Of a DNA stretch of 64,000 bases, positions 1-10,093 are shown one piece after another. The number at the start of each line of letters is the position of its first letter. The first letter of the stretch is position 1. The stretch is from a virus (lineage: Duplodnaviria > Heunggongvirae > Uroviricota > Caudoviricetes). The position numbers and the translations under genes were made by a program. Location: the IMG/VR virus record IMGVR_UViG_2823670853_000002; one strand, given 5' to 3'. A model generated the notes under the pieces. That model did not search any database and had not been told where the DNA came from. It saw nothing but the letters and a program-made list of their open reading frames with translations.

Positions 1-368
1 GTTTCTGTCAGAACAAAATAATCAGCAAGCCATGGGAAACGGCTGGTGGCAGTAGCCCAGTTTATCTTGATGTACTTGAATATACCGGTCATTACCTGCT
101 GAATTTTGTTCGCAACGATAATGGCACGGGCACCTGGATACATGATTATGAACAACATGATCATGATAGAAGTCATGTCTGATTTCCCGGTACCGTGACC
201 AGACGAAACAGATGTCTTGCTACCCTGTTCCTGCACAGACTCAATAATCAGATCCTGCTGCCAGGTAGGTGTTTTGCCGAACAAAACATCAGCGGCCGCA
301 ATCCAGTCATAACGATATAGCGCCACCAGCTCGCGCCAACGTGGATCCGTTACGCAACTTCTGGCCAT
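1..368 (-). CDS. pacB: Terminase large subunit PacB, N-terminal part (partial, runs off window start)
   Basis: Minus-strand frame open from ATG at 366-368 (overlapping pacA stop) to position 1; translation [22 protein letters not shown]...[10 protein letters not shown] contains a Walker-A motif; sits directly downstream of pacA. Confidence 0.65.
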   Translation of the reverse strand, partial: MARSCVTDPRWRELVALYRYDWIAAADVLFGKTPTWQQDLIIESVQEQGSKTSVSSGHGTGKSDMTSIMIMLFIIMYPGARAIIVANKIQQVMTGIFKYIKINWATATSRFPWLADYFVLTE

Positions 369-1561
369 TAATCATCATCCCCGTATAGCTTGCGGGTAAC
401 TTCTTCGTCTTCCTCCTCGTCTTCGTCCAGGTCTTGTTCCAGCCATGGGTCGTTTGATACACCTTCAGTATCAACATCTCCATAACCGCCTGTATCAACG
501 ATATCGGCGATTTCTTCCCTACGCTGCTCAATCCACAATGCGGCATCGGCGCGGCGGTTGGCGGCCCGTTCTCGCGCAACTTTGTCCAGATCTTCAAGAG
601 AAGGGCCACCGACGGCTGTTTGCCTTTCCTCATCATCGGTATTGGTCTTAGGAGCACGCAGATCGGCTTTGATTTGCTCCAGCATCAGGGGCGGCACTTT
701 CCCGCCATGCGCCTCGATGAATTCAGCTGCTTCCAGCACTGACCAGTTATTTTCACGCTTTCGTTCGTATGCCAGCTTAACAATGCCAGCTTGCCCCATA
801 GACAAAGCGTGCTTTTCCGCCTCCCGGCTTTCTTTTCGATAGTTATTCCGGATGCTGTAAATGGTGTTGATCAGGCTGCTTATCTGCGCGGAACAGCTGT
901 TTAGCATGCTCGCGATACGGTATTCAGGCGGAGTACCTTCATCATCGTCTTTTTGCTGATCGCGCATTTCCTGCACCAGGCGAATACACGTATCCCTGGC
1001 GTTCTCCAGCATAAGGAGATGAGAAAGAGACTTTTCCAGAAGAGTGGTTTCCAGAACATCGGCCCCGGACCGACGCAACATAGCGCGCGCGGCCTTCCGC
1101 GCTTCAACGTTATCTATCAGGTAATCGCCAGCTTCGAATTCAAAGCGTTCACCATCATCATCCAGGGTGTCGCGTTCCAGGCGATCACGTAAGGTCCGGT
1201 GGGCGCGGGTGATCACGTCATGATCATCAGAACGATCATTTATGCGCTTATTCTGGCGCTTCGCGTTCTCGACTGCGGCACTGACAACAGCATTAACTCT
1301 TTGTTTTTCAGCCATTTCAGCCACAATGTGATCACCTGCACGTTGATCATTAGCGTGATCAATGATCATGCTTTTTAGTGGTTTTCTGACAGGCTTATTT
1401 GGCTTACGGCTGTCCGCTGTTCCGGTGTCTTCTTTGAATGCACGGAGATAACGACGTGCGGTGTTTGGGTTGAGATTAAACTCGGCGGCATATTGTGCGA
1501 TGGTGTAACCACCATCTCGCGCCAGGCGAGCAAAATTCTTCTTGTGATCGTCCCAGGTCAC
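368..1561 (-). CDS. pacA: Packaging protein PacA (terminase small subunit / pac recognition)
   Basis: 397-aa ORF with N-terminal HTH-like segment ([22 protein letters not shown]); the TGATCA hexamer clusters typical of a P1-type pac site lie inside its 5' third. Confidence 0.7.
   Translation of the reverse strand: MTWDDHKKNFARLARDGGYTIAQYAAEFNLNPNTARRYLRAFKEDTGTADSRKPNKPVRKPLKSMIIDHANDQRAGDHIVAEMAEKQRVNAVVSAAVENAKRQNKRINDRSDDHDVITRAHRTLRDRLERDTLDDDGERFEFEAGDYLIDNVEARKAARAMLRRSGADVLETTLLEKSLSHLLMLENARDTCIRLVQEMRDQQKDDDEGTPPEYRIASMLNSCSAQISSLINTIYSIRNNYRKESREAEKHALSMGQAGIVKLAYERKRENNWSVLEAAEFIEAHGGKVPPLMLEQIKADLRAPKTNTDDEERQTAVGGPSLEDLDKVARERAANRRADAALWIEQRREEIADIVDTGGYGDVDTEGVSNDPWLEQDLDEDEEEDEEVTRKLYGDDD
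1205..1372. other. pac: pac packaging site: two clusters of TGATCA hexamers (with GATC Dam sites) flanking a ~90-bp spacer
   Basis: TGATCA at 1210, 1221 (plus CGATCA at 1233) and at 1329, 1344, 1356, 1363; the 3+4 arrangement inside pacA matches the described P1 pac architecture. Confidence 0.6.
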
Positions 1562-1647
1562 TTATGCTTCCTTTCGTATAAAACTCTTTTTGACGCGAGG
1601 GTAACGAAAGTCACATGTCAAAAGGCCCGGAACGGGCAAGCAATCAA

Positions 1648-2100
1648 TCAGATACGTGCGGATGTGGCATTACCGTAATGACGGTGCTGACGGACCACCT
1701 TATTGAAAAGTTGACGCGCCATCACCCAAGGCTGGTGCTCCCGGCGTTCCTTTTCGTCCTGCGTCATATAGAGTTCGTTCTGGAGTTTTTCATCAAACCG
1801 GCGCGGAGCGCGGCTGCGGCGAAAGAATTCAGGATTCAGAGAGTGGATCTGAAATCTACGTGGGCGTGTACTGTCATCAATCAAAACAGACGAATACTTA
1901 GACACAGCGATAGCCTTTAAGCGCAGATAAACATCGCGCTTATCGACATCCAGATGCGGGTATTCCTTTTCAAGAATTGCTGCGAGTTCTTTCGCTGATA
2001 GAAGAGATTTAGTGCGGATCATGTAATCCGCAATCTCGTACGATGTTATTCGTGAGTGATTTATTTCCATGAAGTGGCGTCCCTGCCAGTTAAGTAACAT
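1648..2100 (-). CDS. lpa: Late promoter activator Lpa-like protein (assigned mainly by position)
   Basis: 150-aa ORF immediately upstream of pacA with a C1-operator-like 17-mer in its promoter region; no strong motif of its own. Confidence 0.45.
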   Translation of the reverse strand: MLLNWQGRHFMEINHSRITSYEIADYMIRTKSLLSAKELAAILEKEYPHLDVDKRDVYLRLKAIAVSKYSSVLIDDSTRPRRFQIHSLNPEFFRRSRAPRRFDEKLQNELYMTQDEKERREHQPWVMARQLFNKVVRQHRHYGNATSARI

Positions 2101-2170
2101 CCTGTCACCTACTGATTAGCCCATGTCAACTAATCAACGTCGAATATAATACCCTCGATTAAATAAATAG

Positions 2171-2187
2171 CAATACATTAGAGCAAT
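2171..2187 (-). promoter_or_regulatory. C1 repressor operator-like site upstream of lpa
   Basis: Reverse complement ATTGCTCTAATGTATTG matches 14 of 17 positions of the P1 C1 operator consensus ATTGCTCTAATAAATTT. Confidence 0.5.
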
Positions 2188-2188
2188 T

Positions 2189-3232
2189 TTATCTAACGCT
2201 CGACGAATGACTTGTGATAGCGCCGACTCCAAGCGCGTAATCAAAGAACAATCGTTGATGCATCGCCAGCCTACCGTGCGTCTTCTCCCAATTATCGCGG
2301 TCACGCTCAATATCACGCTGGCATGACTGGCACAGAGGAATAGCATAAATGTCATGCGCGCATAATCGACTATGACGAACGATATAAGGCGTAATGTGAG
2401 CGCCAGCTCCCGCAGCTCCACAGCCACAGCATGGACGGGAAGCCACAAAATCCATGTACTCGGGCAATTTTAGCGATTGAAGTTTTGGTATTTTGAAATG
2501 CGCCATGCCAGGGTCGGAGTCAACATCCACAGGGCATACTTTTGCACGCATCGGCGCGGCGCGTTCTTCCATCATCTGAACATATGCTGTAGCGCGATCG
2601 TCATACGGGCGAATATCCGCCTCTTTCAGAGTTCCGCTATCCTGCGTTGCGGCTTTCATCTTATTTATTGATATACGGCAAACTTCTTCCGGCATCAGGT
2701 GCATCATGTTGCGCATGAAAGCCCACCAGCACAGTTCCTGAATACTTAAATCATGGCCATCTGAAAGCCCCATTTCCTGACGGGCGACATCCAGTATCCA
2801 GTTAACGCGATTATTATGCAGCGTTTCTTTCAGCTCATTAAAACCACGCATCCGGTAATGGTTATCGTGATGCCAGCACAACAACACCGCGCTATTGTCT
2901 CGTTCAGCGTGGACAATATGGTTGTCACACCAACTACGATCTGCGGCCTGGCATTGCCCCTCTTTCCTGCGCAACCACGCCACCAGCGAGTCAATTCCAC
3001 CAATACGGCGAAACAGTTCATCGCTGTTAAAAAACGGCTGCAACGCCTCATTTGTTGCCATAGTTTGCTCGGAAACAACGAGGCCGTCGTCCATGTGCTC
3101 GATTAACTCACGCGGCACCGGCTCCATAATAAATTTACGGCCAGCCTCCACAAGCTTTCTGACCTCCTGATCCACTTTGAAAGTGGCGAGGCCAAGCTCT
3201 TTCTGTACAAATGGAGTAATTACGGCTTTCAC
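2189..3232 (-). CDS. pdcB: Cysteine-rich DUF968-like protein (P1 PdcB position)
   Basis: 347-aa ORF with C-terminal cysteine cluster (CCGCG...C..C..C); length and architecture resemble E. coli prophage YdfU-type proteins; follows doc/pdcA. Confidence 0.4.
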   Translation of the reverse strand: MKAVITPFVQKELGLATFKVDQEVRKLVEAGRKFIMEPVPRELIEHMDDGLVVSEQTMATNEALQPFFNSDELFRRIGGIDSLVAWLRRKEGQCQAADRSWCDNHIVHAERDNSAVLLCWHHDNHYRMRGFNELKETLHNNRVNWILDVARQEMGLSDGHDLSIQELCWWAFMRNMMHLMPEEVCRISINKMKAATQDSGTLKEADIRPYDDRATAYVQMMEERAAPMRAKVCPVDVDSDPGMAHFKIPKLQSLKLPEYMDFVASRPCCGCGAAGAGAHITPYIVRHSRLCAHDIYAIPLCQSCQRDIERDRDNWEKTHGRLAMHQRLFFDYALGVGAITSHSSSVR

Positions 3233-3259
3233 ATCACACCTTTAATCACTGATTGGGCT

Positions 3260-3439
3260 TTATCTGCTGCCCGGCATTCTCTGTTTAAGCACAACCATTT
3301 CCTGACGGCATAACACAGCAATAGCTGTCCTGGCACCAATTTGCTTACCAACCAGGTATTGCTTTACCTTGCGGCGACTCACGCCATCAAGAAGCATCTT
3401 TAACGCTTCACGGGACAACTTGTTGTATTTACGTGCCAT
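3260..3439 (-). CDS. pdcA: Small basic protein (P1 PdcA position)
   Basis: 59-aa ORF from internal Met (MARKYNKLSREALK...) just downstream of doc stop; the longer 66-aa frame would overlap doc. Confidence 0.3.
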   Translation of the reverse strand: MARKYNKLSREALKMLLDGVSRRKVKQYLVGKQIGARTAIAVLCRQEMVVLKQRMPGSR

Positions 3440-3443
3440 TAAT

Positions 3444-3824
3444 CTACTCCGCAGAACCATACAATCTACGTAACGTGTCGGCGACAGAAGATACAGATAT
3501 CTCGCCAGTCGCAGCGCCTACGGTAAGGTCTGCCAGTTCAGGTGAATCAAATACCTGCACCCCGTTACGGCGTAGAAATAGAAGCGCACTGTTTAGCGCG
3601 GTACGCTTATTGGCATCATTGAATATATGCCCTCTCGCTGTAGCCACCAGGTAGGTGGCGGAGACTTCGAAAAGGTCGGTGATCTCTTCGTAGGCAACTC
3701 TGGCCTGAACTCTCCCGATAATGGCCTCTGCCCTACCCGGATCAGACATTCCCGGCAGGCCGCCGTAGCGGCTTATATTCGCATCATGAAGCGCAATAAG
3801 TTCTTCCGGTGATATATGCCTCAT
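3444..3824 (-). CDS. doc: Doc toxin (Fic/Doc family, translation-inhibiting kinase)
   Basis: 126 aa, [22 protein letters not shown]...[12 protein letters not shown] Fic/Doc core motif; to my recollection near-identical to P1 Doc; start overlaps phd stop. Confidence 0.95.
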
Positions 3825-4045
3825 TATCGGTTAACCAGTTCCTTGTTGGTGGAGTCCAGGGTGTCAAACAGGGATGCAAATTCAGCATCCAGCGCCGCTT
3901 TTTTGTAGGCTTCGAAAGTAGCCTTGCTGACAATTACTGCTGGCTCACGGCCTCTGCGGGTGATTTCAACCTCTTCCCCGGCTTCAACATTGTTGAGCAC
4001 TTCAGAAAGGTTGCCGCGCGCGGTACGGAAGTTAATGGATTGCAT
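3824..4045 (-). CDS. phd: Phd antitoxin (prevent host death)
   Basis: 73 aa from [32 protein letters not shown]...; classic Phd/YefM fold sequence; translationally coupled to doc. Confidence 0.95.
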
Positions 4046-4117
4046 AAACACCTCGTGTACTCGTTATGTGTACACAATTATAAACTTCACAGGCATAAAG
4101 CACCAGCACTTTGCAGC

Positions 4118-4507
4118 TTAAATGACCGGACAATCATCAAACTCCCCACTCCGGGCATCATTGATGACATGAGTGATCACACCAAAAACAGCATTACTGC
4201 CCGTGTATCCATCGTCATCTACTGGTAACGCCTCTTTCTTCCCGGTGCTTAAATCCTCCAGGTGCTGGCGCGGATACTTCCTGTATCTCTTTATGCGATA
4301 TTCACCCTCCATAGCGCACACAAGCAGAGAACCATCAACCGGAGTAAGCGAGGAATCAACCACCAGCAAAGCACCCTGCAATATTCCCTCACGGTGATGG
4401 CTGTCTGCCGCCCGCATGAAGTAGGTCGCTGATGGATGCCTGATTAGTTGCTGATCAAGAGAAATTCTGCTTTCAACATAATCCGCCGCAGGAGAAGGGA
4501 AGCCCAT
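4118..4507 (-). CDS. humD: HumD, UmuD'-like S24-family translesion polymerase accessory subunit
   Basis: 129 aa; C-terminal LexA/UmuD-like peptidase core (GALLVVDSSLTPVDGSLLV, EGEYRIKRY); LexA box in its promoter. Confidence 0.85.
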   Translation of the reverse strand: MGFPSPAADYVESRISLDQQLIRHPSATYFMRAADSHHREGILQGALLVVDSSLTPVDGSLLVCAMEGEYRIKRYRKYPRQHLEDLSTGKKEALPVDDDGYTGSNAVFGVITHVINDARSGEFDDCPVI

Positions 4508-4526
4508 AGCGTTTTCACCTCAATAA

Positions 4527-4546
4527 TACTGTTCATTTATACAGTA
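4527..4546. promoter_or_regulatory. LexA (SOS) box in the divergent humD / 4682 ORF promoter region
   Basis: TACTGTTCATTTATACAGTA fits the CTGT-N8-ACAG LexA consensus; 20 bp upstream of humD start. Confidence 0.75.
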
Positions 4547-4681
4547 TACATTAAAGAGACACCTTTGGTGCAAACGCGTTACGTACATCAACCACCGCTG
4601 ATGATTTTGTGCTCTTTGCTACTATTCATCACCAACGGATCAGCGTAACCTCGTTGCCAATCAGTTAATAAGGAATTAGCT

Positions 4682-5254
4682 ATGCCTAATCGCATTCCTC
4701 TCGATCCTGTATTGCCCAAAAATTTTGACTGCACTCCTAACGAGAAACGCTCTAAAGCTCAGCTGGACGCCTGGTGGGACCATCCCTATGGGGTTACAGA
4801 ACATGACGGGAAAATTGTTGTTTATTGTCTGAATGGTGGCGCGTGGGACCGTCCATCCGTGCTTGGTTTGGCAAATAACTATGATGAAGCCTGTGAACTT
4901 GCCGAAAGACAGCAGGCTAGATGGGTGAAAACACGGTCACAGCCGACATTCATGTTTTCAAAAGAACCGCCATTTATACTGGCGAGGATGCCGCAGCGAC
5001 CGGATCATCAACAAGAAATTGTTGCTGAATTTTCCTCAAGGGATGAGATGAATCTCTTCTCATTAAAGCAGGAAGAAAGGGAGCGCGTCGAAGTGTCTCC
5101 AACTCTCGACCACAACCGGATGAACCTGGCCCAACTCGCCTGGTACAGCAAAGAATTAGAGATGTCTATTGCCCGACTTGAAAACGAAAAAGCCGCTATC
5201 CAAGCCCAGCATGAAGCTGTCATTGCCAGGATACGAGAAGTTCAAAACGGTTAA
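4682..5254 (+). CDS. lxr: Hypothetical protein divergent from humD (lxr-like by position and LexA box)
   Basis: 190-aa ORF with coiled-coil C-terminus; no recognisable catalytic motif; shares the LexA-box intergenic region with humD. Confidence 0.4.
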   Translation: MPNRIPLDPVLPKNFDCTPNEKRSKAQLDAWWDHPYGVTEHDGKIVVYCLNGGAWDRPSVLGLANNYDEACELAERQQARWVKTRSQPTFMFSKEPPFILARMPQRPDHQQEIVAEFSSRDEMNLFSLKQEERERVEVSPTLDHNRMNLAQLAWYSKELEMSIARLENEKAAIQAQHEAVIARIREVQNG

Positions 5255-5260
5255 CTACCG

Positions 5261-5524
5261 CTATTTCTTTACGGCATCATCTTTCTGATATGCCGGATCG
5301 CTCCCTTTTGGCAACTGGAGGCTTAACTGCCGGTAGTGCCGTAGCCGTTCCATGAAATAGGTGCGCAGATTCTCTGGTTGCTCGCGGGCTACCTGTTCAG
5401 CTATGACAGGTATGTTCAATCGCTCTTTGTACGCCACACCGCTGGCAGCCAGATCAACGTTAACCTTATCCCGTTCTTCCTGACTTTTAGCTGCAATATT
5501 CCAATCGTACATATCAAATCCCAT
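5261..5524 (-). CDS. hot: Hot, homolog of DNA polymerase III theta subunit (HolE)
   Basis: 87 aa; [43 protein letters not shown] aligns closely with E. coli theta ([43 protein letters not shown]). Confidence 0.85.
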   Translation of the reverse strand: MGFDMYDWNIAAKSQEERDKVNVDLAASGVAYKERLNIPVIAEQVAREQPENLRTYFMERLRHYRQLSLQLPKGSDPAYQKDDAVKK

Positions 5525-5961
5525 CCAGAATAATTGAGTAACGACTATTATTTAACCAGCAAAGTAACTTTTAATTTTTTTTCTTCTCCCATTGATTTTT
5601 GTGCACAGCTTATCTGCCTTGCCGTGCGCAGAATCAACTTTTTTCTTCCTGATTTATCCACAAAGTTATGCACTTGCAAGAGGGCCATTTTCTAAATATT
5701 GTGATGTTTCACAAATGAAATGAATTTTGATTAATGAAGATAAGGAGAAAATTTGAGATGCAATCATGACGTTAATAGATAGGGTCTGCATTACAGACCC
5801 CATCCGCATCAAGGAATTAGCCGTTCCCTGATGTTGTTCCGAAAACATGTGCCGTAAGCTCACGTTAACGACTTTCTTTCACCGAATCCAACTATATAGG
5901 GGTTGGGTTTCTACGTCAACGTGAGCAAGTGCTCCTTTACATTTGACAAGGAACCACCTTA

Positions 5962-6093
5962 ATGACTGCTTTTTTTCAGTTCCTGAGTGCATTTTTAGAT
6001 GCGCCTGTTATTAGCCAGATTCTGGCGATCATCCTCATCATCGTTTTGATATTGCTTTTAAGGTCAGTAAAAAATGGAATTATGCACTGGCTT
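5962..6093 (+). CDS. Small hydrophobic protein (43 aa), unlisted short ORF
   Basis: MTAFFQFLSAFLDAPVISQILAIILIIVLILLLRSVKNGIMHWLT; preceded by AGGAACCACC RBS-like sequence; single predicted TM segment. Confidence 0.3.
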
Positions 6094-6173
6094 ACTTAAT
6101 GTTCAGTGAAACATTAAAATCTCCTTGATGTGGAAACAATCATTTTCTGTATGTGCTGGTGGGTACCTGTAGT

Positions 6174-6536
6174 TCAGCTTTCGTTGGCATTTAACTTCGT
6201 CTTTGCTTTCTCCACCAGCAACTTCCAGATGCCTATTTCATTAGCAGCCGCCTTGATGGCGGCATAAAAAGCATCTTGCTGATCGTAACGCTGAATCTGT
6301 TTTTTCAGTTTTACCTCCACCAATTTAATTTCATTACGTGCTTTCTGAAGCCGCAGCGCCGCCCGGTTACGTCTGTTCTTGTATAGCGCGTTAATCTCTG
6401 ACAATTGCTTTAATTTACCAGCCTGACTGCGGATTATCGCCTCTCTGACTTCTGCCGTGCGTCTCATCTGATCTCTTAAGAGTTCACCGTTTTCGATAAT
6501 TCTTTCAAGGTGTTTGATGTGATCTGCAACTCTCAT
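6174..6536 (-). CDS. Hypothetical coiled-coil protein
   Basis: 120-aa ORF, stop overlaps next gene start (operon-like packing); no motif recognised. Confidence 0.4.
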   Translation of the reverse strand: MRVADHIKHLERIIENGELLRDQMRRTAEVREAIIRSQAGKLKQLSEINALYKNRRNRAALRLQKARNEIKLVEVKLKKQIQRYDQQDAFYAAIKAAANEIGIWKLLVEKAKTKLNANES

Positions 6537-7177
6537 ACTTCACCCTCGCTTGTATCGCCAGCATCCACCAGCGGCAATAAAGCCCTGGCCATCTTATGAA
6601 CCAATAGTGCATCAATAATGCCAAGCGTATGCCCCGGCTTAATGTTTAATGCCGCCTCAAGGTGACACCTTTCCAAGCCACTTTTCTCGGCTTGTTTATG
6701 ATGATCTGGCGTAATAACGTCGCCCAAAACACGGCTAATTCTTTCTCGTAATTGCTGGGTGCCCGCACACTTGATCGCTGTATCGTGGAGACGGTTAACC
6801 AGTTCGCGATAAACATGCGGTTTAATGCGGATACGTTCACCGGTGACGCCCTTTCCTGGCCCTGGCACCGAACTATCCGGAATATCCGGATAGTTGCCAG
6901 CCTCGTAAGCTACCCGCAGCCAGTGCATGAATGTTTCAGTGGACACACAACCACAGTCCACATCGATTTTCCCGCGTTGCTGTTCCAGCCACTGCTCAAA
7001 ATTCAATCTACACGTATTACTTTCATGTTGCTCTTTTTGTCTCAAGGCCAGCATCTGCTGGGCTATTTCCAATACTTCATCTGCCGTATATCCAGCACCG
7101 TGACCATACATTTCGATACGGGAAATAATCTCTGATATACGCTCTTCAGTGATTCTGGTCATTTCTTTTTGCGCCAT
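6533..7177 (-). CDS. Hypothetical protein
   Basis: 214-aa ORF tightly packed in the leftward operon; no motif recognised. Confidence 0.4.
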   Translation of the reverse strand: MAQKEMTRITEERISEIISRIEMYGHGAGYTADEVLEIAQQMLALRQKEQHESNTCRLNFEQWLEQQRGKIDVDCGCVSTETFMHWLRVAYEAGNYPDIPDSSVPGPGKGVTGERIRIKPHVYRELVNRLHDTAIKCAGTQQLRERISRVLGDVITPDHHKQAEKSGLERCHLEAALNIKPGHTLGIIDALLVHKMARALLPLVDAGDTSEGEV

Positions 7178-7533
7178 TTCTTTTCACATTCCTTAATCCA
7201 TTTTTCAATGTTCATTTTGGCAATATCAGTCATTCCATCACCTAAGAAATACTTTTTCCGGTATGTCTTGCACTTAAACCACACTACAACAGCCACCAGC
7301 CAGAAAATAAAAGGCCATACAGCAATACCAACGACAGCCGCGATAAAGCCCAATAGCCATAAATGAAGCTCTCCAACTTCTGTTTCCGGCAATATTCTTA
7401 AAGAATTAAACAGCAGGCTGAACGAATGGTCGTATGCATTGGCAGTATAAGACATGCAATCCATATAATTAAAGTCATAGCCTGCGGCTGCCGCCCATAA
7501 TGGGCGGTCAAGAAAATGTTTTAGTGTCATCAT
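7159..7533 (-). CDS. Predicted membrane protein
   Basis: 124 aa with hydrophobic stretch LWLLGFIAAVVGIAVWPFIFWLVAVVVWF and lysine-rich C-terminus. Confidence 0.4.
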   Translation of the reverse strand: MMTLKHFLDRPLWAAAAGYDFNYMDCMSYTANAYDHSFSLLFNSLRILPETEVGELHLWLLGFIAAVVGIAVWPFIFWLVAVVVWFKCKTYRKKYFLGDGMTDIAKMNIEKWIKECEKKWRKKK

Positions 7534-7539
7534 ATAAAT

Positions 7540-7929
7540 TTAAGGTTCAGACCAGTTATCTTCAATAGCAATGCTTAATCTTTGTAGCCATTCTGCTAAT
7601 TTCAGCATTGCTTCTCTTTCGCTTAAACCACGAGGAAAATCATCAAGCGAAATTGTTGGCTTGAAGCCCCCGTAATTATCCATTTCAACTGTCAGATTTT
7701 GTTCCAGCACGGTATTTCTTACGCGGCTATTGTGCCGGAGCAAATATACTGAGCGTGATTTATTGGTTTTGTGGTCTAGCTTATATTCGGTAAGTATCAT
7801 CTGGCTTTTGCCATGATTATTACCTCTCCACATACTTACCTCACTTAATAAAACAACTCCATGCGTAGTTGATGATTTTTTCCCACGTAATATAAATCTG
7901 CACTCCGGCAGTAAAACCAAAGCCAACAA
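7540..7929 (-). CDS. Hypothetical protein (start uncertain)
   Basis: 129-aa ORF; an alternative unlisted 41-aa hydrophobic ORF (MSKVNVLIFSAIVGFGFTAGVQIYITWEKIINYAWSCFIK) occupies 7838-7963 in another frame. Confidence 0.3.
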   Translation of the reverse strand: MLALVLLPECRFILRGKKSSTTHGVVLLSEVSMWRGNNHGKSQMILTEYKLDHKTNKSRSVYLLRHNSRVRNTVLEQNLTVEMDNYGGFKPTISLDDFPRGLSEREAMLKLAEWLQRLSIAIEDNWSEP

Positions 7930-8011
7930 TTGCTGAAAAAATCAAAACATTTACTTTTGACATTATAAATTTTCTCTCGGTGTCGTAGGTGATAGCACCA
8001 TAATTGATAAT

Positions 8012-8263
8012 TTAGTGAGTTAGCAGTTCCATTTTTTGGATGATTTCCGCATGAGCATCATCGTTATCAACACTTAACTCGTTTAATGCCTCTCGCACTA
8101 CATCAACTTCTTCTGGTTGGAAGAAGTCATCTCGGTAGTCACCAAATAGAACCGAAACAAGCCTGCCACCAGCAACATCAAGATTGGCGCTAACAGGTGG
8201 CTCTTTACCATCCTCAAATTCGACTACAAAAGTTAATTTTCCCATCGTTACCACCAGCGACAA
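8012..8263 (-). CDS. Small acidic hypothetical protein
   Basis: 83-aa ORF in operon context. Confidence 0.35.
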   Translation of the reverse strand: MSLVVTMGKLTFVVEFEDGKEPPVSANLDVAGGRLVSVLFGDYRDDFFQPEEVDVVREALNELSVDNDDAHAEIIQKMELLTH

Positions 8264-8330
8264 ATTGAATACAAACCCAGTGCTGCCGCCATCACAATTC
8301 CTACCGTTGCGAATGCTTCAGGCCAGCTCA

Positions 8331-8591
8331 TTATCTCACCTCCAGTCTCCATACCGCCTGACCAATCCGGCTGGCATGGGTATCTTTGGATACTGTTCCA
8401 TCTTTAGCCATCTCCATAAGAATTTTGCGCAAATCTGCCGAACGCCATTCTTCATCAGGAAATTCCTTCTCCATTGCCAACCGCAGATTCCAGGTTGCCA
8501 TCCTGAATGGATATTCCCCGCCGAGAGCTTTATCTTGCAGGGCAGCCCGGGAACGCATCACCTGCAAAACCTTCTCTTTTACATCCATCAT
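8331..8591 (-). CDS. Hypothetical protein
   Basis: 86 aa from internal Met whose ATG overlaps the upstream stop (ATGA); the longer 134-aa frame overlaps the neighbour by 148 nt. Confidence 0.35.
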   Translation of the reverse strand: MMDVKEKVLQVMRSRAALQDKALGGEYPFRMATWNLRLAMEKEFPDEEWRSADLRKILMEMAKDGTVSKDTHASRIGQAVWRLEVR

Positions 8592-9391
8592 TTCGCCTCC
8601 TGCGGCGGTTCTGGTAGCGGCATCCAGTACAAGGCGTTCCCTAACCACGATAAAGTGCCGTCGCTCAACTCCACGTATTCCCCTTGTACCTGTCCTGCCA
8701 TATACTCGCCGTGCTTTGAATAAATTAAAATCCAATCATCTTGAGCGGGCATTCGCTCACTACAGCTTATCCAACCATCCGGAGTTACCGGATAGTTGCC
8801 ATTCACAAGGTCAGCTCGAACATATAGCGTGTCATCATGGTGCTGATTGTGGCTGCACCACGTTAATTCGCTTAACTCGCCATCTTCTGGCCATACTCCA
8901 GCTGTTTGCAGCCAGATATGGGCTGGCGCATCTTGGCAAGGTGTATTAACTGGCAACTTGTAAGTTTGGCTTACAGGTTGGCTACCCTGAAGCATGGCAG
9001 CGTGGCAGGCATCCTCAACGTTCTTCACTGCATCTGCGCAGTAGTTATAGCGATTGCATTCCACTAATTTCTGCTTGAGGTTTTCAATTGCTAACTCGAT
9101 TTCATCCGGCACTACCGGCTCTGGTTGGATAGTGACGTTGGCAAAGGCAGCACGCAAACCGGCCTTAATTTCCTCTACTTCATCAGCGCCTAGCGATGAA
9201 TCTGACAATGCGTGATGGAATGCGTAAGCCATGTCGTCGTTTACTGCAACCGGTTCTGCTTCCAGCGATGCCAGAGCAATTCGTGCCAGTTCTTCCGCTT
9301 CTTCTGCTGGCAGTACAACGTTGCTACCAGGTCCGTATGTTTCGCGCCACTGCTTGATTGTCAGCAGTCGCTCTTTGGTAATAGTGATCAT
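8588..9391 (-). CDS. Phage protein with DUF551-like C-terminal domain
   Basis: 267 aa; C-terminus WISCSERMPAQDDWILIY...WMPLPEPP resembles the DUF551 signature common in enterobacterial prophages. Confidence 0.4.
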   Translation of the reverse strand: MITITKERLLTIKQWRETYGPGSNVVLPAEEAEELARIALASLEAEPVAVNDDMAYAFHHALSDSSLGADEVEEIKAGLRAAFANVTIQPEPVVPDEIELAIENLKQKLVECNRYNYCADAVKNVEDACHAAMLQGSQPVSQTYKLPVNTPCQDAPAHIWLQTAGVWPEDGELSELTWCSHNQHHDDTLYVRADLVNGNYPVTPDGWISCSERMPAQDDWILIYSKHGEYMAGQVQGEYVELSDGTLSWLGNALYWMPLPEPPQEAK

Positions 9392-9903
9392 GCCGCGTTT
9401 CCTTCTTTCTTATTAACAATTACACCGTCATATATTTCATTAAGGTGCCCTCTCAACTCCATGCGCCTTAATGCAGATAACATGTAATCGCATTCAACCT
9501 GCTTATTTCCAGTAAATGGCTTATCGTCAGGATTACCCCAACAGCAATTACCCTTGGGCCACCCATGTACTTTCCGTACTCTTCCGTTAACAACGTGAAG
9601 TAATCCCCAGCCAGGTGGTAAATCCTCAACTGAAATAATTCCCGGCTCACTAATAAAGAATCGCCAGTCGCCCATTCCAAGAGATGGATTTTTACGAAAA
9701 CGCTTTTTCCTATCTGCCAACAAGTCAGCACGAGAACACTTCGCCTCTATCAGGCATGATGCTGAATTTCTGAATCCCATAGCATCTGGCTGTTCTCCGG
9801 TACTGGTTACAGCTATAAAGCGGTCATGAAAACAAACCTTGAACCCGTTGCGCTTAAGGAACTTATACGCAATCTGACAGAGTTCGCGGTGTGTTAACGC
9901 CAT
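9388..9903 (-). CDS. Predicted PD-(D/E)xK-fold nuclease-like protein
   Basis: 171 aa from MALTHRELCQ; candidate catalytic motif ...GEQPDAMGF...CLIEAKCS (D...E-x-K). Confidence 0.4.
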   Translation of the reverse strand: MALTHRELCQIAYKFLKRNGFKVCFHDRFIAVTSTGEQPDAMGFRNSASCLIEAKCSRADLLADRKKRFRKNPSLGMGDWRFFISEPGIISVEDLPPGWGLLHVVNGRVRKVHGWPKGNCCWGNPDDKPFTGNKQVECDYMLSALRRMELRGHLNEIYDGVIVNKKEGNAA

Positions 9904-9904
9904 A

Positions 9905-10093
9905 TCACTCTCCTTTAGTGCGCAAGTGGTTTTTCCAGCGGTTTTGCGCCGCGCTGGGCTTTTTGCAAAAACCACAATCCATCATCCCGTAATATTTCAT
10001 CAACCCCATCCGTCGGTTGCTGAGTCTCACCCACTGCCAGACGCCAGGAGCGTTTCTACGAACTAACAGAATCTTTGCTTTACGGTTTTTCAT
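9905..10093 (-). CDS. Small basic protein, paralog 3 of a tandem trio
   Basis: 62 aa starting MKNRKAK; ATG overlaps stop of the upstream paralog (ATGA). Confidence 0.3.
   Translation of the reverse strand: MKNRKAKILLVRRNAPGVWQWVRLSNRRMGLMKYYGMMDCGFCKKPSAAQNRWKNHLRTKGE

Noticed and set aside
307-1192. Several listed ORFs (both strands) inside pacA
   Set aside because: All lie within or antisense to the well-supported 397-aa pacA frame and over the pac hexamer repeats; low-complexity translations.
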